Source of the DNA: a virus
Taxonomy: Duplodnaviria; Caudoviricetes
Direction: 5' to 3' (one strand)
Virus record (IMG/VR): IMGVR_UViG_3300034027_000007
Location: 1 to 55,413 of that record
Length of the DNA stretch: 55,413 nucleotides
Part shown: positions 8,391 through 17,485 of the stretch, one piece after another
How the letters are laid out: each line of letters starts with the position of its first letter
How positions within the stretch are numbered: the first letter of the stretch is position 1
Position numbers and translations under genes: made by a program
The notes under the pieces: model-generated
The model's database searches: none
The model's input: the letters and a program-made list of their open reading frames with translations, nothing else
What the model was told of the DNA's origin: nothing

Positions 8391-9536
8391 CTATTCTAAC
8401 TCGGCTTTCATAATGTCAACTACTTCGGGAATCGTTAGCAGCATCCCTTCCGAAGGGCTGCTTTGTCCCTCATAGTCAAACACTCGCGGTTCAAAACCGA
8501 CGTAAGGACGCGGAATCCCCAACAGAGAGCGCTTTAAACATTCCCTTTCTGTCAGCTTGTCCCATACCCGCCTAGTCCCGTAGTTTGGCGGGCCCGATGG
8601 GTGCATCGGGACGTGATTTAAGCTAAAGTGCATACCCACTATGTACAAGTCGGGCAAAACGCTGCTCTCGCCATCTACAGCGCCGGGTGTGGGTAGCATT
8701 AAACCCTGCGGCGAACAATTTAGGGTCAGATAACGATCGCGGACTGTTAAAGTCATGTTTGCGGTCGGCATTTTAATGCGGGCCCATTCTATCAAGTGGC
8801 GATCGTTGATGGCCCCGATATATCCTCGCCCGTCCAAAATAGCCACACCCTCAAGGGCCCGGAAACGGTCATAAAGGCTGATCTCTTCCATCTGGTATCT
8901 AACAATTTGCTCGGTTGCCTGCTGTCTCATTTCACCTTGTCCCGGCCACATACAGCCCCCTAGAGCGGCTGAGATCAGCCATTCTGTAAACTTCTGAAAC
9001 AGTCGGGACTGATGGATCATCCGCTCGCCCACTGTCCACAAGTCAGGGTTTGGCTTTAGGTCAAAATAAGCTCGCACATCATCTGCAATCTTATCAAAGG
9101 TTGCAACGACAAGACGGCTAAAAACTTCTAAATCCGCTAACCCCTCACTGACTGGCAATTCGTAAATTTCCCCATAGTAGGAAATAGCGAGCAATTGCCG
9201 TCTAATTAAAGGTAAATTGCAGGACAAGCTCGGCACTTTAGTCTCAGCGCTAATAGATAAAACTTGCAGCCAAGCAGCCGCCGCGCATACGCTAGCGGTT
9301 AACTTTCTGGTTAAAAAACACGCAGATTTAGGTATAACAACATCGCTGTTTATTTCCTCTATCAAAGTGTTAGCGCCGTTATAACGGTGATGATTGAAAT
9401 GGTAATCGTTTTCAAGTTTTTTCCAGCCGTCCATCGCATCTCCGAGCATGATCTCGGGTCTAGCATCAACAGGTTTGATGCTTCCCCAGTAGACGTTATC
9501 TACTTCTACTCTGTAAACGTATCCTCTCGCGTCCAT
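8391..9536 (-). CDS. Hypothetical protein (381 aa), possibly a degenerate DHH-like phosphoesterase
   Basis: Long ORF in an operon; FNHH and TASVCAAAAW are only weakly reminiscent of DHH and DxD motifs. Confidence 0.6.
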   Translation of the reverse strand: MDARGYVYRVEVDNVYWGSIKPVDARPEIMLGDAMDGWKKLENDYHFNHHRYNGANTLIEEINSDVVIPKSACFLTRKLTASVCAAAAWLQVLSISAETKVPSLSCNLPLIRRQLLAISYYGEIYELPVSEGLADLEVFSRLVVATFDKIADDVRAYFDLKPNPDLWTVGERMIHQSRLFQKFTEWLISAALGGCMWPGQGEMRQQATEQIVRYQMEEISLYDRFRALEGVAILDGRGYIGAINDRHLIEWARIKMPTANMTLTVRDRYLTLNCSPQGLMLPTPGAVDGESSVLPDLYIVGMHFSLNHVPMHPSGPPNYGTRRVWDKLTERECLKRSLLGIPRPYVGFEPRVFDYEGQSSPSEGMLLTIPEVVDIMKAELE

Positions 9537-9562
9537 TAGTGTTTACCTTGCGTTTGTGTTAA

Positions 9563-10168
9563 TTACCAGGGAATGTCTGACCAATGCCCGGTAAAACGAG
9601 ATTTTAGATAGTAGTAGCCGAGCGCGTTTAAACGCTTGTAAATTTCCCCTTTATTGTACCAAGCTAGAATGATTTTTTCGTCAGGGTGGTGACTAGCCAA
9701 AATTTCAACTGCTGCCTTAAACTTCTTTCGAGGTGTGCAGGCTTCTAAGCGCTGCCTGTTGCGAGCTAGCTTGAGATTGTGTTCGATCTCCTGCCGTTCG
9801 AGAGTATCAACAGTGCTGTTAATAACCTCAACCAAAAGATCGTCTATTTCATCCTTTAGCATCACTGTGTGCAGCCTGTCTTCTAAATCCTCAAAAACAA
9901 CGTCCAAAGCGTATGGTGTGCAATTCTCATAGAAGTTATTGAGAATAACACCGCGCTTGTCATCATCGTGATAAAAGTTGTCAGAGTCTGCAAACTGATT
10001 TTTAGTGTACTTGACCAATTCAGTAACAAAATCGCCCGCTAATTCGTCAAACGTTGACTTTTTTTGTCCGATCGCTTCATCCCCACTATTGACCAATATA
10101 AATCGATCGATTGCCTTCAATAATGCCGTGCTAATTGAAATACCTTTTAAGCATTTAGGTTTTGCCAT
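9563..10168 (-). CDS. Hypothetical protein (201 aa)
   Basis: ORF with ACAGGA RBS-like sequence upstream, co-oriented with neighbours. Confidence 0.7.
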   Translation of the reverse strand: MAKPKCLKGISISTALLKAIDRFILVNSGDEAIGQKKSTFDELAGDFVTELVKYTKNQFADSDNFYHDDDKRGVILNNFYENCTPYALDVVFEDLEDRLHTVMLKDEIDDLLVEVINSTVDTLERQEIEHNLKLARNRQRLEACTPRKKFKAAVEILASHHPDEKIILAWYNKGEIYKRLNALGYYYLKSRFTGHWSDIPW

Positions 10169-10233
10169 AATTTTGTCCTGTAAGGTTTTTAGGTGCGGTT
10201 AACCACCACCGCAAGGGCTTCTAAATCGATCGA

Positions 10234-11028
10234 TTAAACTGTTCCCAACTGACCCAAACAAGCTCGCAATTCTGCAAGCACTGCTTGTATGTAGCGGTTA
10301 TTTTTAGTAGTTCGCCACCGACTGTCTATCACCTTGTAAGTGTTGCTCGCGTTGCGGTTTGCCGTGACGCGCAACGGAAGATCGACGCCGGGCCTCACAC
10401 CCGCTTGCCTGTCGCTTGGATCGCCCTCAATTTCACTGATGGCACAAACCAGCTTAACAATCGGGTGATCGGTCAGAGGGTCAATAATGCTGAATTGCCG
10501 ATAGCTTTGACCGCCATCGATAGAGACAGCCCCCGACATCAACGGCGCGGCCCAGATAATGCTTACTGGCGGTTGCGGTGCTTCAGTCGCGGTGCTGTTT
10601 GGGAGCGAATCGAACAGCGCCATAGAGTTAGCAGCCAAAGCACCGATCTTTGCTCGGATCACCGCCTCGAATTGGTCATTGAGTTCGCTCAAACGATCGC
10701 TGAACTCGCGGGCGCTGTCTTGGTCATTAGACATAATGGCAGCTTGCTCGGCATCGGCTACCCGATCGATCTCTGCCAAAATTTCCGCCTCGATGTCGGT
10801 GTCTGCCGTGTCCGGGACATTTCCGGGACGTGCATCGGACACGGTAGCAACTGCCGGGACGGCTTCAACTGCTGGGACTGCAACAGCGACAGCGGCCAAA
10901 ATGCCAGAAATCCAGCTAGTTTTGAATCGAGCATCCCCTGCGGGTTCTGCGTTGGTTTGGATTGCAATCTGTTTGAGATCCTTAATAGGTAGTTGGATCA
11001 GTGCTTCTGCGGTATAATTGATAGTCAT
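10234..11028 (-). CDS. Hypothetical protein with N-terminal Rho-N/HeH-like motif
   Basis: LIQLPIKDLKQIA...GDARFKTSWISGIL; ATG at 11028 lies downstream of the conserved promoter and leader motif. Confidence 0.65.
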   Translation of the reverse strand: MTINYTAEALIQLPIKDLKQIAIQTNAEPAGDARFKTSWISGILAAVAVAVPAVEAVPAVATVSDARPGNVPDTADTDIEAEILAEIDRVADAEQAAIMSNDQDSAREFSDRLSELNDQFEAVIRAKIGALAANSMALFDSLPNSTATEAPQPPVSIIWAAPLMSGAVSIDGGQSYRQFSIIDPLTDHPIVKLVCAISEIEGDPSDRQAGVRPGVDLPLRVTANRNASNTYKVIDSRWRTTKNNRYIQAVLAELRACLGQLGTV

Positions 11029-11105
11029 GACATTTGCGAGCTTTAAGGTGGTTTGCTGTGTTAGGCGGGTGTTGAGCTGTGGGACGGTCAACACCCGCAA
11101 TTATT

Positions 11106-11128
11106 TACACTATACCACCCTATCTTAA
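11106..11128 (-). promoter_or_regulatory. Conserved promoter/operator element (copy 3)
   Basis: TACACTATACCACCCTATCTTAA, identical to copy 2. Confidence 0.75.
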
Positions 11129-11282
11129 GCAATCGGGATAAGCTTAAAATAGGGTTTATTAATATTTAATGAGTTTTTCGCTTTGCTGATAACATAAGCT
11201 TATTAGAGCGCTTGTGGTTTTTGCCGGGATATGTAAGATAAGCTGGGATAGTGTACAGCTAACGCAAACCACCTTAAAGACT

Positions 11283-11831
11283 ATGGAAACGATCGCCACG
11301 CTAGACAAAACGCAAGCAGATCAACTGCTCGACTGGTGCAGCCGTCAGGAATTGGGCCCCGAACACTATGCCGGAAAACTTACCGCCCGCCGTCAGAAAT
11401 GGTGGGGGCTTGAGGCTGAGATCCTCGGCTCTAGCGGCCGTTGGCTCGTTCACCAGCGGGACGCGATTCAATCTGATGAGTATTTAGCCAGCTTAAAGGC
11501 TAAGTACCGCCCTGACGCTAATTCTGTTTTGCTCTACCGCTATGAGATAGGGGCCGGCATTGGTGAGCACAGCGACAAGGATTGCTTTGAGCCGATGGTT
11601 GTTTTGGTCAATCTTATTGACGAACTGCCGGATCTGTTTGGCGGCCGCCCGCCTTGTCGCTTCCGGTACGGCTCCAAACCGGGCAAGGCCGGCACGTTTG
11701 AATCCGTACCGCGTTACCTTGACCTACAGCACGGTCAAATAGTGCAATTTAACAGCCGAGTCCTTCACGGCTTACCCAAGCTTAAAACGGCTCGCTATAG
11801 CCTCCAATTTCGCCGAGTAGTTACCCCATAA
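11283..11831 (+). CDS. AlkB-like 2OG-Fe(II) dioxygenase
   Basis: NSVLLYRY..GAGIGEHSD (HxD), LHG, RYSLQFR (RxxxxxR); ATG at 11283 follows the conserved leader motif. Confidence 0.85.
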   Translation: METIATLDKTQADQLLDWCSRQELGPEHYAGKLTARRQKWWGLEAEILGSSGRWLVHQRDAIQSDEYLASLKAKYRPDANSVLLYRYEIGAGIGEHSDKDCFEPMVVLVNLIDELPDLFGGRPPCRFRYGSKPGKAGTFESVPRYLDLQHGQIVQFNSRVLHGLPKLKTARYSLQFRRVVTP

Positions 11832-11845
11832 TCGCAGGAGTTCCA

Positions 11846-12220
11846 ATGGCTAAGAATACTTATGTTGCAATCGAGCAAGCGGCTATTTTGTTAAAGCAAT
11901 TATGCTCGCAAGTCAATCAAGCCGCTTTAGGTTTCACAACTGAACACGAGAATGTAATCATCAGTTTTGAGGACGTTTTGCCCACTTCTGGCACTCGGAC
12001 ATTCTGTAAGGCTGTCATAGTGTCCGAGGCTGAGTTAAACGAACTCAGAGAAGCACAGAACGAGCTAGCGGCAATCAAGGCCGGAAATATGGCTGAGGCA
12101 ATGGCAAGCGGTAAGCGCTTGAGGTCGGCTACCATACCCGAGCTATATCAAGAGCTAGGTTTTAAACTCGGAATGGTGCAGCGGCCACCGCTCAACTCCG
12201 AGGGCAACCCAAATGATTAG
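11846..12220 (+). CDS. Hypothetical protein (124 aa)
   Basis: AGGAG RBS; overlaps the next gene. Confidence 0.7.
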   Translation: MAKNTYVAIEQAAILLKQLCSQVNQAALGFTTEHENVIISFEDVLPTSGTRTFCKAVIVSEAELNELREAQNELAAIKAGNMAEAMASGKRLRSATIPELYQELGFKLGMVQRPPLNSEGNPND

Positions 12221-12443
12221 CGAGCGGCCCGAGTTTGTGTTTACTTTAGAAGAAGCACAAAGCAATCTAGCAGCGCTCTGCGAGCAAGCTAAGAACAATC
12301 AGAACATTGTGATCCGCCTCCCTGACGGCACTCAATTCGCTCTAGTTACGGTTGAGGATTTAAACGCTCTAATAGACCAAGCGCATCAACTGATGCAAGT
12401 TTGCCACAGAGAGATTGAGAACCTCGGCTCAATCCTCAAATAA
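12213..12443 (+). CDS. Phd/YefM-family antitoxin-like protein
   Basis: FTLEEAQSNLAALCEQA..NIVIR...FALVTVEDL fits the Phd/YefM pattern. Confidence 0.7.
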   Translation: MISERPEFVFTLEEAQSNLAALCEQAKNNQNIVIRLPDGTQFALVTVEDLNALIDQAHQLMQVCHREIENLGSILK

Positions 12444-12454
12444 CGCTAACAGGG

Positions 12455-12489
12455 AATAAAAAACCGCTCTACAGTTGGGCGGTTTTTTA
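12455..12489. terminator. Bidirectional intrinsic terminator
   Basis: TAAAAAACCGCTC-loop-GGGCGGTTTTTTA. Confidence 0.8.
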
Positions 12490-12503
12490 CTGTCTTTACC
12501 AGC

Positions 12504-13508
12504 TTAAAAGGGGATTGGGTCTATATCGTTTAAATGATCGTTTAATCGTTTCTGGGGTGCTACAACTTGACCGTCTATCATGGGTTGCCATCTTTGCTCT
12601 GGAAACAAATTGAACTGTTTGCCCTCGTTATTCCTGATAATTCCGTTTGATGACACATAAGTAGTTGTGAGGGTGTAGCCGTCCTTAAGTTTAATTACTG
12701 TCGGCTCTTTCTTGAACGGCAAACCTGTATATTTTCGCCAGTCCTGCTTGGGTTTTATCCAAATAGGGAATCGGATAGACAAGCCACCGTCACCGATGAA
12801 AATGTGCAATTGCACAAGGTTTGCGCCTGTCCAGTGTACGCACGTCATTGTATCCACATTAATCATCCGCTCGCCCCAAAAATGATTAATGTTTGCCTTA
12901 ATTTCATCCCAATTAATCAAGCGAGAGTCACAGTACAAAACCCGACTTTTTATCACTGGATCTCTTAATTCCTTCCGCAACAAATAGAGCGCTCTGACCA
13001 CACTTACTAAATTTATCGAATAATCGATCACCGTTTCTCGCTTGCCGCGCTTCCACAAGTCCCGGACATTTCCCGGACATGACGGGGTAATCCCAAAGCC
13101 GAGATTGCTTTGTGCTAACTGTTCTAAATTATACCCACGTCGGCAGATTCCACTTAGAGGCTCGCCCGCCGCCCTCCGAACCTCAACCATCAAATCGTAG
13201 GTTGTGGTTAGGTTTATCCCGTAGGCGGCGCAAAGTTTGTCCCCAAACTCTAAGCCGTTAAAGCTGACAATCTCATCGGCCTCGCGGATCAGTGACTCAA
13301 CCCGCAAAAAACCGTCATCTTTCGTGAAGGCATAAAACTGCCGATCCTCTGGGAACCAGTCGGCATGAACCGCAAACACCGCTAAACCTAAATAACCATA
13401 GTCTGTCCAGTCCGCCTTATCTCTGATCCGGTTTTCCGGCGTGACGGCGTACACTAAGGTCTTTTTTGCGGGCTGCTTGCCAAACAACAGGGATTTAATA
13501 AAGCTCAT
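12504..13508 (-). CDS. DEDD/RNase H-like 3'-5' exonuclease homologue, catalytic residues degenerate, with C-terminal extension
   Basis: IVSFNGLEFG, TYDLM, GYNLEQLAQSNLG, LWKRG..VIDYSINLV match the fold motifs but lack the DxE, FD and YxxxD acids. Confidence 0.65.
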   Translation of the reverse strand: MSFIKSLLFGKQPAKKTLVYAVTPENRIRDKADWTDYGYLGLAVFAVHADWFPEDRQFYAFTKDDGFLRVESLIREADEIVSFNGLEFGDKLCAAYGINLTTTYDLMVEVRRAAGEPLSGICRRGYNLEQLAQSNLGFGITPSCPGNVRDLWKRGKRETVIDYSINLVSVVRALYLLRKELRDPVIKSRVLYCDSRLINWDEIKANINHFWGERMINVDTMTCVHWTGANLVQLHIFIGDGGLSIRFPIWIKPKQDWRKYTGLPFKKEPTVIKLKDGYTLTTTYVSSNGIIRNNEGKQFNLFPEQRWQPMIDGQVVAPQKRLNDHLNDIDPIPF

Positions 13509-13845
13509 AAGTACCTCAAACGTTGATTTTGCGTGACGGTGTTTTGGGAGTTAGCGGCCAAAGTGCGATCGGTGCTTCCGGCGCATACAGGACAAGACTT
13601 GTAATTGATGAGCCGTTCTGTTTTTCCGGCAGATTTTTTTAGTGTTTGCCGAGGCCGGGGTTTTTTTACCGATGTTTGCCGGAGTTCCGGTAAAAACGCT
13701 GATCGCACGTCGGCAAGTGAGTAGAGGGGCTTTCAGCAATTTTAAGACAAGGTAGCAGCGATCGCCGTTGCCGATGCTCCGGCAGATACTGCCAGAGAAA
13801 AAAGACTAAAAACGGCTGTAAGCCTTACTGGTTATATGTCGGTGG

Positions 13846-16296
13846 CTACTTGCCGGAGGTTGCCGGAGTCTCGCCGGCCTTTGGTAAACGGAATGTTTTC
13901 CTACACTGGCGGTTGCCGCACTCATAGCGCGGCGTCCCGTCTTTGTAAGGCTTTAGGGGGTGTATTGTCGTGTACAAGCAATTCGGACAAGCCGCGAATT
14001 CATCCAAACCGCGATCGGCGTTTTCGCTTTCATTCTGGCGGTGCGGTGAGGTAACGCGGGCCCCTTCGGGAAACCGCAGCCCGTCCAGAGAAAAATCGCT
14101 GTAGGCAGGCTGCTGCACAAAGAAAGGCTCGAACGATGGCGCAACAACCAGGGCGATTCTATAAGCGTTTGGCGAGACTTTCTTAGAGTCGCCTATTTTT
14201 GGGCGAGCTGTAAGCCCTTCCTGCTCGTTTAAGAGGTCGCAGAGGCTGTTTAGTTGGTTTAGCTTATCCAGTAACTCAGCGCGGTTTGCAGCCGCTTTAT
14301 TGCTGTTTATATACGCTTTAGCTTGCTCTGAGGTCAGCACCATTGTGCAGTTGAGAAAGTCCTCTTTCATTAACCGGGTCGCGTTGCCCGTGTTTTTCTC
14401 GCCCTCTTCCGTCTTTTTCGTTCTTGCACCGCCGCTGAGGCCTGACACGTTCAACCCTTGCCCTGCCGATACAAACCCCATGTTTGTATGGTCAGACAAC
14501 TGATACATATCTTTGAAGAAGCGGCCGATCTCTTCGTAGTCCCGAGCGGTGGCATTATCTTCATCTAGGGCCATAACAAGATAATCTCTCTTGCTGGCTT
14601 CCTCTAAATTGTTCCTACGCCACTTAAACTCGCGGTGAAAGGCTTCTAACGCTTGCACGATGGTTTGTTCGGCGTTCATTCCCGGCTGTACAATGCCGGG
14701 GATTTTAAACCAGTCCTTAACCGATCCGGGGATAGGGTTAACGAGCCAAAGCACCCCTCTGTTTAGCTTGGCTAGCTCTACCGCGATCCGCTCTAGCAGC
14801 GGTGACTTACCGCCCGTGCTGCCTGCACAAACCCTCACTCGGTTGGTGAACTTAGTCCGCACCACTTCCCCAAACTGATCTGCCGGAAAACACCCCAATT
14901 CGATAAATTTATCGCGGTGTATGTCCGGCTCGTGTCTGGTTTGCGGCTCAAAGTCTAACCCTTTCTGTACTTTCGTTTTAGGCTTCTTGACCCGACTTAA
15001 ATCGGTTGTCAATAAGCCCCCAATAGTTGATAAATCGCTGTTGTCTCGTGTCCGGTTCATGTCCGCGTCATGTCCGGGACGTGTCTGGTTTACGGAAAAA
15101 ATCTCGACACTCACTAAAAAATCCTGCGGGTGCAACTTAAATTTTAATTCTCTGGTAGATAAACCCATTAACCCCCGCTGGTTTGTCACCTTGTTAAATT
15201 CTTCTGATGACAATTTAGTTTGGTCAGGGTTGCGATCGATCTTGAATTTAAGGCAATAGCCGCCTACTATTAAGTCAGTGCTGTGTGCATCAAATGTTAC
15301 ACCGTATTTATGGAAATGATCGATTATGGTATTGCCGATCTGATCTGGGTCAGTCAAACCCGAGAAACGGCGCGGCGCTTCATATTCGGCAATTTTCTGT
15401 TTTAAAATTGCGTTTTCTCCTGCTAGTTGGAGAAATTCAGAATCGCGGGCGCTCATCTCCTGTTTGTAAGCATTTTCTATTTGTGGCAGGGTGTTTTTTT
15501 CAATTGACTCCATTACATTTTGTTTGTCTCCTAAATCTTCCTGCAATATTGCAATAGCTTGTTTGAGCTTGGCAATCTCAGCGAGCTTGCTCTCAATAGC
15601 TTGACCTACTGCTTGCTGAGTGTAAGGGGCGATTTTGTTTCTAATTTCTAATTCCAACTTATAGTTAAAGTTAGTTTGTAGCTTGTCTAGCTCTAGGACT
15701 GTTTGTGCTAGCTCGCTGTCTAGATCGTCTTTTGCCGCTTCTAACTCTAGTACCTGTTCCTCTAAAGTCTTGTTGACTTCCTCCAATTCGGCAAGCTCGG
15801 CTAAGGTAGACTCTAAAGCCTGATTTTTTTCTGATAACTTTCTTTTTAGTGTCCCGATCAGTTCTTGCACTGGGGGCGAATCTAAAATTTTGGGGTTTTT
15901 TCCTGACTCCCAGTATCTAAGCCCTAATTCTAATTCCTCGCAGCGTCCCCTTAAATCGCTGACAGTCCGCTCTAATTCATCCCGATAGTGATTCCTCTCA
16001 GCGGTCATCTTCTCAAGCTCAGAGCGCAATTCTAGCTCTAAGATTGTTAATTTGCTCTTGGCATTCTCTAGCTCTAAAAGCAGTTCCTCTTGTTTCTCTT
16101 CCAACAGCCCTATAGCGTCCCGAGCGCCAAAGTTACAAGCGCTTGCACCCGCCAAAAATCCCGAAGTAAGGGCAAGACCGCTAGCAGCCAGCGGCGCTAA
16201 TCCCAAGCCGCCCAAAACAGCGACTACACCCAACCCGCCAAAGCTGACCGTGCCAAGCAGAGAAAACATTTTTGCTATCTCGTTTTTGGTACTCAT
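13846..16296 (-). CDS. Membrane-anchored coiled-coil FtsK/SpoIIIE/TraB-like ATPase with C-terminal zinc ribbon
   Basis: N-terminal hydrophobic segments, ~250-aa coiled coil, RVRVCAGSTGGKS (Walker A), LWLVNP, ALEAFHREFKWRR, YLVMALDED (Walker B), GFVSAGQ, CPNC..C-x4-C; start at 16296 or 16329. Confidence 0.7.
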   Translation of the reverse strand: MSTKNEIAKMFSLLGTVSFGGLGVVAVLGGLGLAPLAASGLALTSGFLAGASACNFGARDAIGLLEEKQEELLLELENAKSKLTILELELRSELEKMTAERNHYRDELERTVSDLRGRCEELELGLRYWESGKNPKILDSPPVQELIGTLKRKLSEKNQALESTLAELAELEEVNKTLEEQVLELEAAKDDLDSELAQTVLELDKLQTNFNYKLELEIRNKIAPYTQQAVGQAIESKLAEIAKLKQAIAILQEDLGDKQNVMESIEKNTLPQIENAYKQEMSARDSEFLQLAGENAILKQKIAEYEAPRRFSGLTDPDQIGNTIIDHFHKYGVTFDAHSTDLIVGGYCLKFKIDRNPDQTKLSSEEFNKVTNQRGLMGLSTRELKFKLHPQDFLVSVEIFSVNQTRPGHDADMNRTRDNSDLSTIGGLLTTDLSRVKKPKTKVQKGLDFEPQTRHEPDIHRDKFIELGCFPADQFGEVVRTKFTNRVRVCAGSTGGKSPLLERIAVELAKLNRGVLWLVNPIPGSVKDWFKIPGIVQPGMNAEQTIVQALEAFHREFKWRRNNLEEASKRDYLVMALDEDNATARDYEEIGRFFKDMYQLSDHTNMGFVSAGQGLNVSGLSGGARTKKTEEGEKNTGNATRLMKEDFLNCTMVLTSEQAKAYINSNKAAANRAELLDKLNQLNSLCDLLNEQEGLTARPKIGDSKKVSPNAYRIALVVAPSFEPFFVQQPAYSDFSLDGLRFPEGARVTSPHRQNESENADRGLDEFAACPNCLYTTIHPLKPYKDGTPRYECGNRQCRKTFRLPKAGETPATSGK
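15047..15090 (+). repeat. Four tandem 11-bp repeats (CRTGTCYGGGW family) inside the ATPase gene
   Basis: CGTGTCCGGTT CATGTCCGCGT CATGTCCGGGA CGTGTCTGGTT. Confidence 0.8.
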
Positions 16297-16315
16297 AAAA
16301 AATAACTCCTGTGTT

Positions 16316-16352
16316 TGTGTCTCGATCATGTCCGGGTCATGTCCGGGACATG
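16316..16352 (+). repeat. Tandem 11-bp repeats at the 5' end of the ATPase gene
   Basis: TGTGTCTCGAT CATGTCCGGGT CATGTCCGGGA CATG. Confidence 0.8.
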
Positions 16353-16361
16353 ACTTTAAGT

Positions 16362-16386
16362 AAAAAAAAGGGGCGATGCACCCCTT
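16362..16386 (-). terminator. Probable intrinsic terminator/attenuator
   Basis: AAGGGG-loop-CCCCTT preceded by an A-run on +. Confidence 0.55.
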
Positions 16387-16417
16387 GAATATTTAGCAGT
16401 TAGATGCCTGTGTTTGG

Positions 16418-17155
16418 TTAAACGCTGACCGGGTTAGAGCCAATTAGTGCAGCGAGTGATTGCTGCCTGGTTAAATACTTTTGCTCTTGCTCTTGCAGCG
16501 TCAGTTTCAAATCATCAATTTGGACACTTAGGATTGATTTGTTAGTCTCGTTGACTGAGGTTAAATGCGTTTCTTTCCCTATCTCAGCATCGAGTTTTAA
16601 TGCACCTTGTCGCGTTTTTGATTGCTGAATTCCGAGGTTGTTTAACTCAGTATTGATGCCTTCCCGAGCTGTTGCGTACCTGACTTGCTCTTGCCCAATC
16701 TTGGCTGATTTAATGGCTGCTTTGAATGTAGACAGCATCACGTCTAAACCGTCGCTGATGTTGTCTATATAGTTTTTGTGTTCGCCATACTGGATCTTGT
16801 TTAACTCTCGCTCGTTGTTGGTGACGCGACCGTAGCCGGCCGCCTCAAATGATGCGGGATTAGATAAATCTGTTACGTTGGTCAAGGGCGTGAAATCAGG
16901 GAGGTTAGCCGACAGATTGAGCGGTAATCTACTGAAATCTAAAGCGCTTGTGCTGGCTGTCTGTTTTGGAGCTAGATTAAAATCAGGCTCGTGTACTAGC
17001 TGTGAGGTTGCAACATAAGCCTCGGCTTGTTGCTCGTCATCAGGTAACAAGTTGTTAACAGCTTTTACAACTGTTTGTTTAACTGCTTGCTTGGCTCGTT
17101 GAGTGCGGCTAGTCTTTTTTTGACTGCTGGCTGGTTTGGTTCTGGTAGCTACCAT
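16418..17155 (-). CDS. Hypothetical coiled-coil protein (245 aa)
   Basis: AGGAG RBS, basic N-terminal tail, heptad-rich C-terminus. Confidence 0.75.
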   Translation of the reverse strand: MVATRTKPASSQKKTSRTQRAKQAVKQTVVKAVNNLLPDDEQQAEAYVATSQLVHEPDFNLAPKQTASTSALDFSRLPLNLSANLPDFTPLTNVTDLSNPASFEAAGYGRVTNNERELNKIQYGEHKNYIDNISDGLDVMLSTFKAAIKSAKIGQEQVRYATAREGINTELNNLGIQQSKTRQGALKLDAEIGKETHLTSVNETNKSILSVQIDDLKLTLQEQEQKYLTRQQSLAALIGSNPVSV

Positions 17156-17167
17156 GCTCGATATCTC

Positions 17168-17305
17168 CTAAATGACGTGAGTGTTTAAAATTGCCCAAAA
17201 CGAGATAAAACCCTGCCTGAGTTTTTGCAAGTCTTGATAAAGATTTGCTTGATTAAATTGGTTGATTTCTGTTAAAAAATGCTTAGCCGTCGATGGTGTG
17301 AACAT
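17168..17305 (-). CDS. Small hypothetical protein (45 aa), not in the ORF track
   Basis: ATG at 17305 after GGAGAG; MFTPSTAKHFLTEINQFNQANLYQDLQKLRQGFISFWAILNTHVI; stop overlaps the RBS of the next gene. Confidence 0.5.
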   Translation of the reverse strand: MFTPSTAKHFLTEINQFNQANLYQDLQKLRQGFISFWAILNTHVI

Positions 17306-17483
17306 ACGCGATCTCTCCCTGCCAAAAGGCGTTACAATATTGGTTGTACAGTGTCTCGATTTTTGGGTCGCGAGTGCTTCTATACTGCTGCCACAGTGCC
17401 TCGCTAATTGCTTTTAAAGTGTCTTGATACCGTTGAAAGGTATCAAGACTAGCGCCGCTGAGATGGTGCGGTATTGGAGCAAT
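17283..17483 (-). CDS. Possible 66-aa ORF without a nearby ATG/GTG/TTG start
   Basis: Open frame IAPIPHHLSGASLDTFQRYQDTLKAISEALWQQY...TIDG fills the operon gap exactly. Confidence 0.35.
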   Translation of the reverse strand: MAPIPHHLSGASLDTFQRYQDTLKAISEALWQQYRSTRDPKIETLYNQYCNAFWQGEIAYVHTIDG

Positions 17484-17485
17484 AC

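Noticed and set aside
11846-12443. Complete toxin-antitoxin pair
   Set aside because: The upstream 124-aa ORF shows no RelE/Doc/PIN motifs that I can recognise, and a terminator follows the Phd-like gene
13846-13990. IS1 InsA-like zinc ribbon suggesting a transposon
   Set aside because: It is the in-frame C-terminus of the ATPase; no transposase or IS ends nearby
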